DNA of 64,000 bases from the human T2T-CHM13v2.0 reference genome, Homo sapiens: NCBI RefSeq assembly GCF_009914755.1, contig NC_060929.1; one strand, 5' to 3'. Under the pieces are notes generated by a model. The model was given only the letters and a program-made list of their open reading frames with translations. It searched no databases and had not been told where the DNA came from. Positions within the stretch are counted from its first letter, which is position 1; each line of letters begins with the position of its first letter. This document shows positions 42,740-56,449 of the stretch, in pieces. Made by a program: the position numbers and the translations under genes.

Positions 42740-44252
42740 TTCCCACTTAAGAGATGAGAAAATTGAAGCTCAAAAAGGTTGAAAACATGTCCTAAGTTAC
42801 ATGGCTGATAAGTGACATCTAGAACACACATATAAATTTGTCAATTTGAAGCCTCTTATTTTCTGCAATATAGACAAACTGGTTGTCTTTTTGATCTAGG
42901 AATTTTCCTTAGGGCTAAACAATAACAGCAAAAAAAAAAAATTCACTAACATTTATTGAATATTTACTATGTGCCAGGCATAGTACTCAACACTACTCAT
43001 GCATTATCCTACTTGATTCTTACAGCAGAATGAGCAAAAGGAACCCTTTTTAATCCTTATTTTATAGAGGAAGAAACTTTGCTTTAGAGAAACTTGTTCA
43101 GTCACACAGCTTACATGTGACAGAGCTAGAAGTCAAACCCTGGCTCTTACCTAAAACAACATCCTGCCTAGTGGAAGCTATTCCCTTACTCTTCTTTTCT
43201 TCCAGTTCTCTTAGTGGTAGCTACTTCTGTGTCACTTGACACTCTGTGAGTTGTGCATATATCACACACTCCTGCTAACCTGCCAGTCACCTGAAGAGTA
43301 GGACCCTGCCCTATACACCATCGCCTACCTAGAAATGTCTTCCAAGTAGTGGATGCCTAATAAATGTTGGACTGAATTCAATGTCACATTGGAAGTTGGA
43401 TTATAAAGAATCAAATGGTGCATAAAAATATTTTGCATATATGCTAACACTTTAAATTATAATGGCAGGAGGCTTGAGTCCAGTTCCTTTATGGATGAAC
43501 AATGAATGAGAAAAAACTGTTGCAATAGTTAAGAAGCTCAGCCCTGAAATTGGATTGAGCTGATTATCTTGCCCCATACTTATAAATGTTTTTGTTTGTT
43601 GGTTTGACTTATCCATTCCAAACCAGTTTCCCCATCTATAAATAGAAGATAAGAATAATATTTCCCTTTTAGGTTTGTTGATAGGATTAAAAGAATATTC
43701 ATGAAAACTACTTGGGATCATGACTCATACATGGTTAGCACTCAGCAAGTTTGCTTCATAAATAAAAACTGATTTTTAAAAAGTCAAATAATTACAGAAT
43801 AGCTCCTTATCATCCCAGCAATTACACGTCTAGATCTAATATCTTCCTCAGGAAAGATCACAACCATTGCGAAATAAACTTAAGTGAAGATGAGGGAAGA
43901 GAAAATAAAACACTCACTTGGGAAAGGTGCTCTGAAAGGGCCAAGCATGTGAGAAATGGCAGGAAGGAGGCCATTTTGTGGTAAACAGCTGCGTTCTTAA
44001 CCCAAGGGACACAATCCTCATATGACGCCTTTGTGTTGTTAAGATGTGTGATAAAGGCCCCATGGGGAGGGTTTTCCTTTGTTCTCCAGTCTCATGGAGA
44101 GATCACATGTTATACTCACTTATTTAGAGACTCTCATCTCTAATTTGTTAAGAGCTGCAAGATTAAGACTGATGTAAAGTCTGAAGGCCAATAAGAAAAA
44201 ATGAGTAAGCACACCCATTTCCCAAGGAAGATATCACTCATGGTGCCAGAAA

Positions 44253-44254
<2 letters not shown>

Positions 44255-44287
<33 letters not shown>
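44255..44287. repeat. (CA)n microsatellite
   Basis: Direct reading. Confidence 0.97.
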
Positions 44288-44291
<4 letters not shown>

Positions 44292-44329
44292 AAACCTATA
44301 TTACATGAAATTGCAGCATTTGAAGGTTT

Positions 44330-44685
44330 CTATTATGAACTGCACTGTGTTTTCCCAAAATTTATACGTTGAAGCCTTAACCCCGATCCCAACGTGGCTG
44401 TATTTGGAGATAAGAAGGTAATGAAGGTTAAGGAAGGTCTTGAGAGTGGGATTCTAGTCTGATAATATTGGTATCCTTATCAAGAGAGGAAGAAACACCA
44501 GAGATCTCTCTCCTAGTGCACAGAGAGGAGGCCATTGGCAAGCCAGCAAGAAAGGCCTCACCAGAAACCAACCCTGTAATTACCTCGACATCGGACTTCC
44601 AATCTACAGAACTGTTGAGAAAAAAATTCTGCTATTTAAGCCACCCAGTCTGTGGTTTTCTATTGCGGCAGCCCAAGTAGAATCA
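44330..44685 (+). mobile_element. MaLR LTR (MLT1A/MSTC-D-like)
   Basis: cccaaaatttatacgttgaagccttaacccc...caagccagcaagaaaggcctcaccagaaaccaaccctg...tttaagccacccagtctgtgg. Confidence 0.85.
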
Positions 44686-44767
44686 TCCACTAACATTTGT
44701 ATTAAATTCTTTCCCATCCACCTATACAAGTGATGGTTATATTTTCCCTGTTAAAAGTCAGAATGAC

Positions 44768-45090
44768 TTTTTTTTTTTTTTTGAGACGGAGTCTCACCCT
44801 GTCGCCCAGGCTGGAGTGCAGTGGCATGATCTCCACTCACTACAAGCTCCGCCTACCGGATTCAAGTGATTCTCCTACCTCAGCCTCCCAAGCAGCTGGG
44901 ATTATAGGCTCGTGCCGCCAGGCCCGGCTAAGTTGTTTTTTTGTTGTTGTTTTTTTTTTTTTTTGTATTTTTAGTGGAGATGGGGTTTCACCATGTTAGC
45001 CAGGATGGTCTCCATCTCCTGACCTCGTGATCCGCCCTCCTCCGCCTCCCAACGTGCTGGGATTTCAGGCGTGAGCCAGCATGCCCGACA
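44768..45090 (-). mobile_element. Alu (Sc8/Y-like) with expanded central A-rich linker
   Basis: Antisense Alu; TSD gaatgactt / ggatgactt. Confidence 0.95.
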
Positions 45091-45589
45091 TGGATGACTT
45101 TTAAGAGAAAGGACTTTTGTATCTCTTTCAAGTCAAGTGGTGTGTTTGGGAGATGTAGTTTGGCTTTCCTACTTTAAACAAAAAGAAAAATTAATTACTC
45201 CCCCTCCCCCCACCCCCTTCACATAACCCTTGTTTTGTAAAGTGTCTTTATTAGGAGTCTCTTCCATAAGTACCTCCCTCTAGACATTAAGCAAGGGCAC
45301 AGGGCCACAGGGAGACAAAGACCAGCTACACAGCCAAAAGCAGTGTGCGCTCAGCAATAACACAGGCTCTTTGTTAGAGGAATTTTACTCTTTTTCCTTC
45401 TGAAATTCTTTCTGGTCGAAAAAGTTTTTACAATTCCATCTCCTTAGGCCAGCCACACTTGGCACATTTGGGCAAGGAGGGTGGCATAAAGGTGTGGCCT
45501 GCCCTGATGGATGAGGTTCTGTAGGACTGCAGGCTTAAGTGGTGCTGTGGCTTACACTGATAGAGAGTACTCATCTGTTTATTCTCCCT

Positions 45590-46650
45590 TCCAAAAAGTA
45601 TTTTTGAGGATCTGGGTTAGAGCAGTCAAGCAATAGCCAAAGTCTGCCGTCAGCTTATAAACTAGTATGAAAATACAGACTACCATATAAAAGCAACCAA
45701 ATTAATAAATAAGAGACTTTCTGATGATGGGGAGTACTACAGAAAAGAACATAAAATAGAGGAATGGATGACTGTAAGTTGTCATTTGGAATGAGTCTGC
45801 ATTGGGATCAGGAAGGCTTCTCTCAGGGATGACATCTGATACATAAGGAGGAATCAGTCATGCTGAGATGGGGAAGGCGAATTCCAGGCAATTAGTACAG
45901 AGGCCCTGTCAAGGGAATTACCTCGTTTTGTTTAAAAATCTGGATGAAGTATGGAGTGCCTGGGGCCAAAAGGGGTGCTGGATCAACTAGGCCATGCAGA
46001 CCAAACTGAGTACTGTAAACTTAGTGCCTGAGAAATCATTGCAGGGGTTAGAGTTAAGTGAGTGACATGACCATATTTCATTTTAACAAGGATCACCCTG
46101 ACTATAATACAATGACCCACAGGCCAAATCCAGCCTGCAGCCTACTTTTGTAAATAGTTTGACTGGGACACAGCTATGTCCAGTCATTTAAATATTGTCT
46201 ATAGCTGCTTTTGTGCTACAACAGGAGAGTTAAGTGGTTGTGACAGAGACCTACCTTAAGGCCCACAAAACCTAAAATACTTGCTACTGGGCCTTTGGAG
46301 GAAAAGTTGGTTGCATGGCAGCAGGAGGCTGTGCAGTTATCCTTGGTGGAAGTGATGGTGGTGATGATGGCTTGGCCCATGGTGCGGGGTGGCACTATAG
46401 ATATGGGGAGATGGAGAGATCTAGGACATGATTTGCAAGAAGAGACAACTAAATTTGCTGGTGAATTAAACATCAAGGGAGATAGAGGAGAGGATTGAGA
46501 GGACTCAAAATATTTCTAGCTTTTTGGCTAGAACAACTGAGTGGATAAGAAGGCCATCTGCTGAGATGGGGAGTTCTGGGGGAGGGGCAGCTTTGTGGGA
46601 AGAGTGAAAATGAAGGACTGCTGGAGAATGTTCAGTTTAAAATGCCTTTT
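45590..46650 (-). mobile_element. L2 remnant, interrupted by MER58A
   Basis: tcaggaaggcttctctcag...gaggaatcagtcatgc...ttttaacaaggatcaccctg...ccatctgctgagatgggg; boundaries approximate. Confidence 0.75.
46105..46312. mobile_element. MER58A hAT-Charlie MITE
   Basis: ggccaaatccagcctgcagcctacttttgtaaata...ggcccacaaaacctaaaatacttgctactgggccttt. Confidence 0.85.
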
Positions 46651-47959
46651 TATAGGGCCTCTCTGTTGTTATTTTCTCAGTCCAGCACAAGAAATTGCAA
46701 AGCAACCCAATGACTTTTATCTCCTCCTCATTCTATAACACAAACAAAAGCCATGTGACCAATGGCATTATAGCTGGCACTTCCTTGGATGCTAAACCAC
46801 AAACTCTCAAGGCAGGGACCATGCCTCTAATTGCTCAAAATTAGATTTCCGTCTCTACCCCAGCACCTGACTCATAGTAGAAGCTCAATAAATATTGGTT
46901 TTGAAGTGAAGAAATAGTAACCGGTTACTGAGAACTTACAATGGCATCAGGAACTGAGTAAGGCACTTAATACAAGTTACATTACTTAATCTTTTCAAGA
47001 GTTCCTCAAGCTAGTTGCTGCTATATTAATTCTACATACAGATTTAGAAACTGAGGCTTAGAGGAAAGGATGAAAAGCACAGATGCCTTTCCTACAGGGT
47101 TGAGTCAGGAAATATGAATGTGTGAAGGGGACCATGTACTGAATAATGGTGACTGGCAAGGCAATGACCTTCCTTAAGTGAGCAATGGCTCCTCAGCTGC
47201 CACCGAGCGTTGCTCTGTGCAAATGCAACCACACGATATGGTCAAGTCTGATTTTTCAAGAGAAATTGAAAATCCAGTTTATTTGATAAATATGAAGTTT
47301 CTCCATTAAACATAAAATAAATTCTTTAATGCCTGCTCATTGTTCTAGATCAGGCATTAAAGAATTCGGTCTTAGCAACTACCACTCACACATTCCTCAG
47401 TGTACTAACCATCTTCCTTGTGGTAGAAAAGCTAATCTACCCCTTAGTAAATATTATTGGTGAGTCTGGTGTAACACATTGTGCCTATGTGCTCAGCAGA
47501 ATGTATTTTTTTTTTTTTTTTGCTAAAGATGTTTCTTATAATAGCTAAAGGTTCCACTAGGCACTTACTTTTTGGTCTGGAACACTGTAGCCATTTTCAG
47601 ATGATGACCAGAGTGAAACTCCAAATCATATTGTCTGAGTGGCTAATGAATTCCTGTAGTCCTCCTAACGCAATGATGCAACTACACTGACATCACTGAC
47701 ATCACTGTGCCAACAAACCATGTGATTTTAGAATTAAAGATATTAAATGCTTCTCCTCCCCCTTTTTAAAGATTCAATTCTTGTTACTACCTTTGGTTTA
47801 TGGTGACAGGTTACTCTACTGATGGTTCCAACTTAAATAATTTCATAAAAGGGAGATTAAAATGCTATCGTTGGCTTATCTTTTCAATTTTCAGCACAAC
47901 AACCTCTAATTTGTAACAAGGAGAAACATTTAAAGCAAGAGGATGTTTGAAGTGTCCAA

Positions 47960-48945
47960 CAAATTCAATCTGGTGAACAATTAATGAATGACTATTATAT
48001 GCCAGGATGTGTCCTGGGCCCCAGGATACAAAACAAATAAGCCATTGCCTCTGCCCAGGAGCACTATCTTTCCAGTGGAGGAGGAAGACCCATAAAAATA
48101 ATATATCGAGACACATGCTATAATAGAAGGATTACAAAATACCCTGGGAACTAAGATAAAAGGATGATTAACAATGAGGACATGGTGGCAGAGCTGAGAG
48201 AAGTCTAGCTTAAGGAAAGCTACAGAGGAAAGGTTACAACTCAGCTCTCACTTTAAGGATGACTAGAGTTTCAGAATTCAAGTCATAAGAGTTGCATTTT
48301 GGGTGATACAAGCAAACAGCTACTAAAAGTTTACCGTGAGTGAGGTATTATTGCACTCATAACTCATTCCTCACAACCCAATTAAGATTGGGTTTTCAGT
48401 CTCCACTTTTCATATTAAGAAAGTGAGGCCCAGAAAGGTGAAGTAATTTATCCAGGGCCTCATAGCTAATTATTGTGAAAACTTATATTCTATTCCAAGT
48501 CTATATAACTTGAAAGCCTGGGCTTTTAAACAGTAAATGCTATCACAAGGTAGGGTGAGCAACATGTGGACATAAAATATTGTGGTTTGAGGACTACAGA
48601 TTAGGCCACTATGAGTGGAAGAGAGCTTGCATCAAGGAGCTTTGGGGGTAGGTGTGCACATGAAGAGCAGCTGTGAATATTTCAGTGTAAGGCTTGCAAA
48701 GTAAACTGGGTACAGATTTTATGACTATAGAGTTGGAGCGTTATTCCATAGGTATCAAGGACTTTTGGGATGCTTGTAAGAATCAGAATAACAAGATCAA
48801 GAATGAACTCATTAGACAAATCCAAGAGTTTTGAACAAAGCTTTGGAGAAATTAAATGCTGGCAAATCTACTAGGAGGTTATTGAAACAATCCAGACAAA
48901 AGACAACAGTCTTAAATAAGGATACTGGCAGTGAGGACAAAGAAG
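47960..48945 (-). mobile_element. L2 remnant with an inserted MIR (~48310-48540)
   Basis: L2 3' end (actattatatgccagg...gggccccaggatacaaaac) and MIR core (aagaaagtgaggcccagaaaggtgaagtaattta). Confidence 0.7.
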
Positions 48946-48950
48946 ATTAG

Positions 48951-49201
48951 GATGTCCCCCCTTTTGGGACTGAACCAATGTATATCTTATACATATTGAT
49001 TGATGTCTCATGTCTCCCTAAAATGTATAAAATGATGTCTCCTGTCTCCCTAAAATGAATAAAACCAAGCCGTACCCCAACTACTTTGGGCGCACTTCAT
49101 CAGGACCTCCTGAGGCTGTGTCACGGGCTCATCCTTAATCTCAGCAAAATAAACTTTCTAAATTGATTGATGCCTGTCTCAGATACTTTTGCGTTCAGAC
49201 A
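48951..49201 (+). mobile_element. MER4-family LTR 3' fragment with an internal 32-bp tandem duplication
   Basis: gaaccaatgtatatctta...tcaggacctcctgaggctgtgtcacggg...aataaactttctaaattgattga; 49001-49032 closely matches 49033-49064. Confidence 0.85.
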
Positions 49202-49334
49202 TAATAGCAACACCCACAATAGTGATACACGGATGTTAAAAATAACGTTTAATTTGATGTTAGGCACCATTCTTCCAAGTACCTCTGTAATTTGTATTTG
49301 TTAATTGGTGAAAACTAACCAAGGCAGATTAACT

Positions 49335-49512
49335 TTTATTTTTAATTTTTTTTAGAGATAGGATCTCGTTATGTTGCCTAGGCTGGAGTGCAGTTGCTAC
49401 TCACAGGAGCAATCATAGTGCATTTCATAGTGAACTCCTGACCTCAAGCAATCCTCCCACCTCAGCCACCGGCATAGTTGGGACTATTGGTCCATGCCAA
49501 TGACCCAAGCTC
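49335..49512 (-). mobile_element. Old Alu monomer (FAM/FRAM-like)
   Basis: agagataggatctcgttatgttgcctaggctggagtgcag...aactcctgacctcaagcaatcctcccacctcagcc. Confidence 0.8.
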
Positions 49513-52306
49513 TTTTTTGAAAGTAACTAGTCCATACACAAATAATGAATGACTAGGGGTTTCTGAGCATTCCATGATACTAGGATATAAGTCAATTAAA
49601 CACACACCCTTTGAAGAGCCACAATGAAAATTGAAATCATTTAATTTATTCTGCATATATATGTATATCCTGTATTGCTCTAACAAAAAGAAACACAGGT
49701 TATTTGCAAATATCCATGTGAAAGCATGAGAAATAAATGAGCATATCAGTGCAAAGGGAAGGGACCAATAGGAATATTTACATTCTTTTCAAAAAGGAAT
49801 ATTCTCTTTGATTACTAATAGTTTGACTATAATGAATTAAATGGAAGTACAATTATTTGAAAGAATTATTATTCCTTTCAAAGCACCTTATAGATTCATG
49901 TCGTGACTGAAGCATCAGAGAGAAGAATTCTATCAAAGACAACTTGTATTTGTGTTGTCTTTACAGGAGAAATCATTTAAGTCAGTAAAGGTCAGTTTTA
50001 AAAAAATGATAGGGAGGCACCTGCCCTCACTCCTTACTCTGGTACACACACAAATTAGAGCATTCTAACCACCCAGCCTTAGAATTATTGCAGACGTTAC
50101 CTTCTGAGCTATTCAAAAAGCCTTTGTTCATGAAAAGTTCTCATGGTTATAAGACATTAAAACAGGAAAGACCTTGCTCGGCATGATGTGTTGTATTTAT
50201 ATTTCTTTTTGTTTGAGGAATTCAAAAAGCTTTACAAACAACATCCAGTAAATCTCTTTAAGACTGTTGCTCATGGGAATTCTTTTCCACTCAATGCAGA
50301 CTGGGACAGGTAAAGGGAGAACAAACACTGAGAGAAGAAAAGGAGGGTGGATGGGTAGCTGCAGATCTCTAAAGTCACCAAGAAGGTGCAGGGCTACTCA
50401 CATTTATCCTCCTACAGGGCCTGCCAATATAAACAGCCTGTGCTCTACCCTTCCCATGTGGTAGCTGCTGTTTCCAGATTTACCATCTGTTAACACAGGT
50501 GCACAACAGAGAACAAAACAGCAGAAGTGCAGAGTAGGGAGGTAAAGAACAGAGGACATGAAAAATCAACAATTACAAAGTACTGTCTGTGTTCTGTAAA
50601 CTGTGCTAGATGCTGTCATATTTTATAGTAGGTGCTCAATAAATGCTTATTTTCTTCCCCTTCACACAATTTATGCTATCTGATTAAAAGAAACTAGTTT
50701 TTTTGGTAGAGAAAAGGAAGAGAGTCCCTGTGAATTAATGTTGCTGATCATGAAATAAATGAATGTATGCATGCATGGAGGCATAAAGGGAAAGGGAGGC
50801 ATGGTGTGGGGTCATGATCTGTTTACATGGTCCATACAGTGATTACACCCAGGTAGGACCCATTCCATTTGTAGGAAATATGACTATGAAAAATAACCCA
50901 AAGGATAGAGGTAGCCACTGGGACCAAAAATGCAACCTTCCTGTAAACTTTTTTTCTAGTAAAGTGGACTATCAAGGGCGAGGGAGAACCCTTCACAGGT
51001 GAAGTCACTATCTTAGTTCTTGATGATGGTAGCAGAGCTGAGACTGTGATGTGGCATTAGGGAAACTCTTCTTACTCTCTCCATCCACATGATTAAATGT
51101 GGTCCTTAAATTTTTATAAATATCTATAAAAAGACCTTCGAGAAGTAATAGCTTTCATGAAACAAGAGAGCTACTCAAATCAACTGAGTCAGGGATGGGA
51201 TCCCACTGGTTCTGGAGTCTAATCGTCCTTGGTGAGAATCCAGCCTCTGTTCTTTAACCTGGGCCCAGTGATGTTATCTCTGGACCCTAGTTTCCTTATT
51301 TCTGAAAGGAGTGATCATAATGATATGTAGAATAACTGACTTTCAGAGCCGCTGTGATAATTATTAAATGAGATAATGCGTGTGGACATTTAGCACAGTA
51401 TCAGACATGGTAAGAATTTAACACATATTAATTGATGTTGGTAGCAATTTTTTAAAAATCCTGAAATGATAATGCAGTTGCACCTGAGGCTCCGCATCAA
51501 TCCACAAATTTTTAAAGTATTATGATAATATTTGATAGAAATATGATGAAAAATTTGACATATATGGAATCAACTTCAATCCACAGGTTCTGTTTCTTCT
51601 TTTTTGTCTCTTCGGAATGTGTCAAGTACTAATATTGATTAACCTGATTTTGACTTCAAAATATGAGCCATGACATTTTTTAAACTCATGCATAAGCTGT
51701 ATCATGTGCTATTTAACTTACAAAGGATAAATTTGTCTATTAAAAGTTTATTCATCATGGATTTTATTTTAGGTAAAATAGTCAAATGTAGTAACACACG
51801 GTTTAGTAAAGATTCAGAAAAATAATGAAGGTCTCTGAGGTTTAATTCCTCTAATGAGAACATGTAAATACTACAGTAATCAGAATATTGTCCACTAGTT
51901 TCAAATTTTACAACTTTATGTAAACAGTTACAGAAAAGTCTGTGGCAATGTTGCAACTAAAAAATTTAAATAATTTCTGTTGGTAACGAAAAGGCATAGT
52001 GAGCAATAGCTAAATGCAAATGAAGGCTAATTTTTAGGAGAGGTAAAAATAACTTCTTTTAAAATACAAATCGAATGTTACATAGAACAAAGAAAAATAA
52101 TTTGGAAAAACTTACATAATCTGTAGTTTATACCATATAACAAAACAAGCTTCAGGCTGTTTAATGAGTTAACTATGACCTTCAAATCATAGAACAAAAC
52201 TAACTGAAAATGGACTATCAGATCTTTAAAGAGGCAATAATTCCAAATGTTTGAAAATAAAACAGTAAATCACAAAGAAAAAGTTCAACATAATTGAATA
52301 TAAAAG

Positions 52307-52443
52307 TGTTTTGTTTTGTTTTTTGACATGGAGTTTCACTATATTGCCCACTGTGGCCTTGAACTCCTGGGCTCCAGGGAACTTCCTGCTTCAGCTTCCT
52401 GAGTGGCTGAGACTACAGGTGTGCATATCATCATGACCAGCTA
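52307..52443 (-). mobile_element. FLAM Alu monomer within an old L1 remnant
   Basis: gagtttcactatattgccca...gaactcctgggctc...gagactacaggtgtg. Confidence 0.8.
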
Positions 52444-53084
52444 AAAGAGTTTTATACAATGAAATCCCCACTAGAACATACATAAACGTATCATATATGC
52501 ATGCAAAACTAAGTCAGAAAACAGCAAATAAAAAGTCCCAAGAATGCAATTTATTGAACTATGTATAGTGCAGGTGCATTGTTTAGGGTGCACTAGTGCC
52601 TCTACCACTGACCCATACACTAAGGGACATTAGTCCCTCTATTACTGGAAAGTGTCTGCTCTTACTCTTAGAAACCTCTCTTGTGACCTTCTTTTATTTT
52701 TGATGATAAAGACTTTAAGAGGTGGAAAGAGAGGCAACAAATTTTAAGGGTTATGTCTTATCTTTTGATCCTATTTCCATGGCTGGGTAAATTGTTTCCA
52801 GAAAATAATTAAGAGGAAGAGTAAAAATACATGCCCATACCAGAAGATGTTCTTATCAGTGTTATCTAATAATGAAAACAAAAGAAAATAAACAGAGGCA
52901 GGTAGAAGTTGGAAAACAGAAAAGAAAAAAAGGAGGGAAGAAAAAGAGAAAGGAGAAGGGGAGCAGAGAGAAAAAAGAAAAAAGAAAAGAAAATGAACTG
53001 AATGTCTAAAAAATGAGATGGCATATCAATTCGACTAATTATCATTTTTTAAAGATAGTTTTGTGGACCATGCAGTCACAAGAA

Positions 53085-54650
53085 GAAATGTTTACGTGAA
53101 CTCTGATCTAGAGCATTTATGCACAAATTTGAGCATCTACTCTTCAGGCACTGTTCTAGGCTTCAGGGATATGAAAATGAACAAAGAGAGTGCTAGTGGT
53201 GGACAAGAAACAAACCAACAACTGAATAAAATACCAATCAATGATAAGTGTAATATAGGTCATTAAGATGGTGTGAGGTGCTGGAGAGCACCTGGTGGCT
53301 CCTCTAGACTGGATGGTGAGAGAGCCTCCCTTAAAACAGGACACTTAAGCTGCAATTTGAATGACAAGAAGCAGCTAACCTAATAAGGTAAGGAGAAGTG
53401 CAAGTCAAGAAAAGTGTGTCTGATTAACAGGAAGAGGAAGACATGAGGAAGAGATCAGGAGAGGAGTCTGCAAAGTCAATTCGTAGGATTTGGTAATTTT
53501 GACAATATTTAAAAGGGTCATTGTGTTCTCTGTGAGGAGAATTTACCATACAGGGGAGAGAAGCAGGTAGTCCCAGTCGTGGGTTACTGAGGTAGTTCAG
53601 GCAGGGGAAGATGGCAGCCCTACATGGGAAGGTGGCAATAGAGATGGAAAAGTAAACAGATTTAGGGAATGTTTTGAGGTAAAAGCAACAGGATTGTTAA
53701 CAGATTGAATGAGAGTTATAAAGGAAAGAAAGAAATCAAGGACAGCTCTTCAAATTGGCTTTAAAACCTAATGCCATTTACTAAAATGGAGAGAAAGAAG
53801 GACACGTTTGTGCTGGGGTGGAGCATGCATATGAGTAAAGAAGTCTACTTTGCCCCTGTGAAGATCGAAAGACTTGTAAACACATTAGTGGAAATGTTAA
53901 GTCAACAACTGAGTGTGAGCCTGGACTTCTGAGGGGAAGTCAGGACTGCAGACTGGTGTTATCCTAGAGATGCAGATGCATGAGATTACCTGGGGAGAAT
54001 GTAGCCAGAAAACAAGGAAGTCAAGCACTGAGCCTTGGTAAACCCAAATGTTTAGAGATGGAAAGCAGAAGAGGGACAAGAGAAGAGGCAGTCAGTGAAA
54101 AAAAAAAAAAAATCACTCAGTGTGTAGTTATCAAAACCATGAAGGGAAAGCCATTAATAAGAAAAGTGTGGTCAACAGTTTTATCTGAGAGGTCAATATA
54201 AGAAAAAGAAAGAGAAAAAAATGACTTTAGAATTAAGCATCAAGGGACATAGTTTGTTAAGGATTTGACAGATGCAGTATCATTAGAATGATGACAATGG
54301 AAGCCCAACTAGGGCAGCTGTGGATAAAGTGTGTGGTGAGTAGGTGTAGACAGCTTTGAGAGAAGACTTTTTCAACACACATTGCTGTAAAGGGTAGAAT
54401 ATAAATGGAATAATGATTGAAAGGGATGTTAAGCTCAAATAATTTCTTTTAAGATGTGAGGTATGACAGCCTATTTATATGCTGATGTGAGTGATACAGT
54501 TGAGAGGAAGAAATGGATGATTCTGGAGAATGAGCAAATAATTGCAGGAGGAAAGACCTTGAGAGGTGAGAGGGGTGGGATCCATAGCCCCTAGGTTTCT
54601 CACTGGTCTGGAAAGGTACAGGGACACTCTCCCATTGGGAAAAGTATGAG
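53085..54650 (-). mobile_element. L2 (L2a-like) remnant, ~1.5 kb
   Basis: ttgagcatctactcttcaggcactgttctagg...aaagaaatcaaggacagc...gccatttactaaaatggag...agcactgagccttgg. Confidence 0.85.
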
Positions 54651-56058
54651 GTTCCTATACCAAGACACATTAATTCTATGACCTCATATTTGTATTAGAT
54701 AGACTGGGAAGAAATGCAAGTAATTAAAAACAGTTAAATAAAGACACAGGGTGAATCTTCTTTCTTTAATATCTCTTAGTGTCTGCTTTTATACTAAATA
54801 GAGTTTTTGTAAAGTAACGGATTCTCAAAAATGCTTCTAAATCAAGGTGTTCCCAGCAGTTGTACAAGAAAAGCACTGAAAATATACAAAACCCCTGAGC
54901 TATTATATTTTGACAATGTAGTTCTTCTGATGGTAATCCAGCTCCTGTATTAATTCTTCATATAGTTAATAAATATCTACATAGTCTTCCTATGTGCCAA
55001 AATTGTTATAAGAATTTTATAAATAATGTATTTAATACTGAAAATAATATTGACTATGTAGGGAGCATCACCTTTTCCATTTTACACATGAGGAGTCTGG
55101 GGCACAGAGAGGTTAGGTACCTTAAGTCCACAGCCATACAGCAAGTCAGTTACCTGAGATTCAAACCCAGGCACTCTAATGGCAGACTCCTTGCCCTTAA
55201 CCTCTCCACTGTGTTTTGGATTTATTATCTAACTTTATCTTACAACAAACTTACAAGAAAATATAATTATTCTATATTTAACAGCTGAGAAAAGTGGCAC
55301 TTAGAAAAGTTAGGTGACTTTCTCAAGGTCATGCTAAGTGGCTGGGCAAATATTCAAATCTGGATCTTTCTGTAAGTGTGTATTATTGGCACTTAACACT
55401 AGACTAAGTGTCAGAAGCGGAGAGTAAAAATGTTACATGTTTCATCACTCAAAAATGCTAAATAAATATGACAAATGGTATAAAAATGGAACTTTTAGTC
55501 ATGGGAAAGAAAATAGTTAAATTATCATAATAATAAAAGTAATTAAACATTTAATGATATTATAAGCATGGATTTATAGGATATTGGTAGTTACTAAGCT
55601 CAAGAATTTTACAATCTGAATAAGTTTATTACATTTGAAAGGCACTTTTAAAACATGGGATAAAAATACATATGTCTTATGAATATTTCCAAAAATAACT
55701 CATGTTCATTGGGAAAAAATAGGCTTCACAGACAAGTGAAAAAAGAAAGGAAGGAAAGGAGGGAAAGTGAGAAGAAAGAAGAAAACTATATTTAGGAAGG
55801 ATTTGAGGGTTTGTTTGATGTAATTCTTTGACACTTACATATATGCACACATGCACAGATAAATATATTTGTATACAAACAGGATCATTCTAGTATATTT
55901 TTTAGTTACCTCCTTTTCTAACTAAAATCATATTGAGAGCATTTTCTATAGCAATAAACATGATGCAAACCCTTATTTTTTTATAGTTACATTATATACT
56001 AATGTTAGATTGTACTCTTATTCGTGTAATTTTCTCCTATTATTTAATGATTGGGCTG

Positions 56059-56449
56059 TGTATTAGTTTGCCAGGGCTACCATAACAAAATACCATCAAC
56101 CAGGTGGCTTAAGCGACATAAATTTATCTTCTCACAGTTCTAGGGGCTTGAAGTGCAAGCCAAAGTGTTGGAAGGTTTAGATTCCCCTGATGTCTTTCTC
56201 CTTGCCTTTCAGACAGCAGCTACCTTCTTGCTGTGTCCTCACATGGCCTTTTCTCTGTGGTGCACAATCTGGGTGTCCCTTTCTCTTGTTATAAGGACAC
56301 ATGTCGTATTGGATTAGGACTCAACCCTTATGACCTCATTTAACCTTAATTAGCTCCCTAAAGGGCCTATCTCCAAATGCAGTCACATTGAAGATTAGGG
56401 CTTCAACATATGAATTTGGGGGTAAAGGGACATAATTTAGTCCATAACA
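56059..56449 (-). mobile_element. MLT1B/C-like solo LTR inside an old L1ME-like remnant
   Basis: tgtattagtttgccagggctaccataacaaaatacc...tccataaca; TSD ggctg/ggttg. Confidence 0.9.

Noticed and set aside
52848-52872. U2 snRNA-like tgttcttatcagt
   Set aside because: Only ~13 nt match, and it is better explained as an old L1 3' remnant.
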